From: the human T2T-CHM13v2.0 reference genome, Homo sapiens
Assembly (NCBI RefSeq): GCF_009914755.1
Contig: NC_060926.1
DNA length: 64,000 nucleotides
Reading direction: 5' to 3' (one strand)
Part shown: one piece after another, positions 62,290 to 64,000 of the stretch
Layout: every line of letters begins with the position of its first letter
How positions within the stretch are numbered: the first letter of the stretch is position 1
Notes under the pieces: model-generated
Told to the model about the DNA's origin: nothing
The model's input: only the letters and a program-made list of their open reading frames with translations
Databases searched by the model: none
Program-made: the position numbers and the translations under genes

Positions 62290-62780
62290 TCTTCATTCAT
62301 TTTCAACAACTACTGTTCACTGACAATGGGCCAACACTTACGTTAGGCTCTGAGAATACGAGGATAATTATGGGATATCTCCTGCCTCTGAGGCTCAGGG
62401 CAGTTCAACGGAGGAGACAGAGATGCAAACAACTAAAGTGACACCGGTGATAGAACAAGCAAAATGACATGGGCTTTCAGAGAAGAAACCAAATAATTTC
62501 CAAGTGTTGGACAGGGGAAATGTGAAGGGGTTGGAATTAGAAAAAAAAATAGAGAGAGAGAAAGGAAAAAGAAAAGAAGGGCATAGCAGGAAATGTGGGA
62601 GCAATGTGTGGAAGATGAAGACACAGTCTTTTCTGGAGAGAGCAAGCAGTGGTATGTAGCTGGAAAATGGTGAGGGATGTGCTACAATGAGAGATGATGA
62701 GGTTGGCAACATTAGGTCTAAGCATACTGTGAAGAGCTTTGAATGCCAGGCTAGGGGTTTTGGATTTTAATTATGTTATA
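62290..62780 (-). mobile_element. L2 fragment
   Basis: ttcattcattttcaacaa..cctgcctctgaggctca..gagctttgaatgccaggctaggggttttggatttta. Confidence 0.6.
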
Positions 62781-63489
62781 AGCCTCTTAACAAATAAAAA
62801 TTATGTGACTTTCATAAGAGTTTATCTTGCTCTTCAAAAAAGATTGTATTCAGCTCTGTAAACAGGAAGTAATAATCACATTTTATTGATTCAGAAAAAA
62901 ATAGTTATAAATTATTTTGGAAGTGAGATACTCTTTTCTTTTTCTCCTCCTCCTCTTCTTCTTCCTTTTAAGCAAATCTGGGTTTTATATGTTGATTTTA
63001 TTTAGAGTTTTTTTTTTTTGCTTTATTTCAAAACTAGATATGCAATCTATTCTCACATGAGTTCAAATACAATCGAAAAATATTTTCTCTCTATAGGACA
63101 ATAATTTGGCATTCAAAAACCACAGCTGGTTTTATGTAGCCATTGATCCTTTAGAGTTAAGATACAACTTTCCTGTCTAAAAAGTATTTAGTGATGGTAT
63201 CATTACCTTTAAAATATTATATATGAGATTACATTCATGGTAGTGGTCTTCAAATAGAATATCAGGGGATACTGGGAAACCAGCGGGAGAACAGTTCCTT
63301 CATAGTAGTTATGTTACCTAGGGCAAAACTTTGAAAGCTTCTTAGAATTTGTTTTGTTCTAGGAATCTTAATGCTATTTTAATACCATTGTTGGTTTAAC
63401 TTGTTTATTGAATAATAAAAACCAGGAGAAATGGTTCAGTTGAACTTAAAAAAATCTATGCTTTGACTAACAATATAAGCAATTTATGA

Positions 63490-63782
<293 letters not shown>

Positions 63783-64000
63783 ACAATTTATGACATCTTT
63801 TTTATATTTTGGGGGGTTAGGGATATACAAACTATCATAAATTTAGTGTAAGGAAATGCTCTGGCAGCAGGTAGGAAGGTAGGAGTCAAATGTCTATAGT
63901 ACACAGTACAGTGTTATGCATGGTGTGGTCCTAATTTCTCCTTCTTCGTAACTCCTGTGGAAGTACTTGCTGTTTATCAGTGAAATCCCAGTCACTTTCC

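Overview
Primate (very likely human/hominoid) intergenic DNA, AT-rich and roughly half transposon-derived (L1, L2, CR1/L3, MIR, Alu, ERV LTRs, DNA transposons). I see no intact cellular gene, RNA gene or CRISPR array. The gene-derived sequences are a near full-length processed pseudogene of PPP1R2 (about 15825-19200, minus strand, three nonsense codons) and a lone, disabled terminal PRY-SPRY exon of a TRIM43/49/64-type gene (40631-41124). The TRIM exon sits in one block with an L1 3' stub, intron-like sequence and an A-rich tail, and that block splits an L2, which fits L1-mediated 3' transduction. Other notable structures are a 267-bp, about 93% identical inverted duplication bracketing the PPP1R2 retrocopy, an AluY-L1-AluY chimera with template-switch signatures, a doubly deleted Alu monomer resembling the snaR-ancestor lineage, a degenerate ERVL provirus with nested insertions, and a young 33-bp VNTR. 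I found no convincing new multi-gene system. The interesting signals record unusual retrotransposition and rearrangement events. Repeat subfamily names come from remembered consensus motifs and need RepeatMasker/Dfam confirmation.
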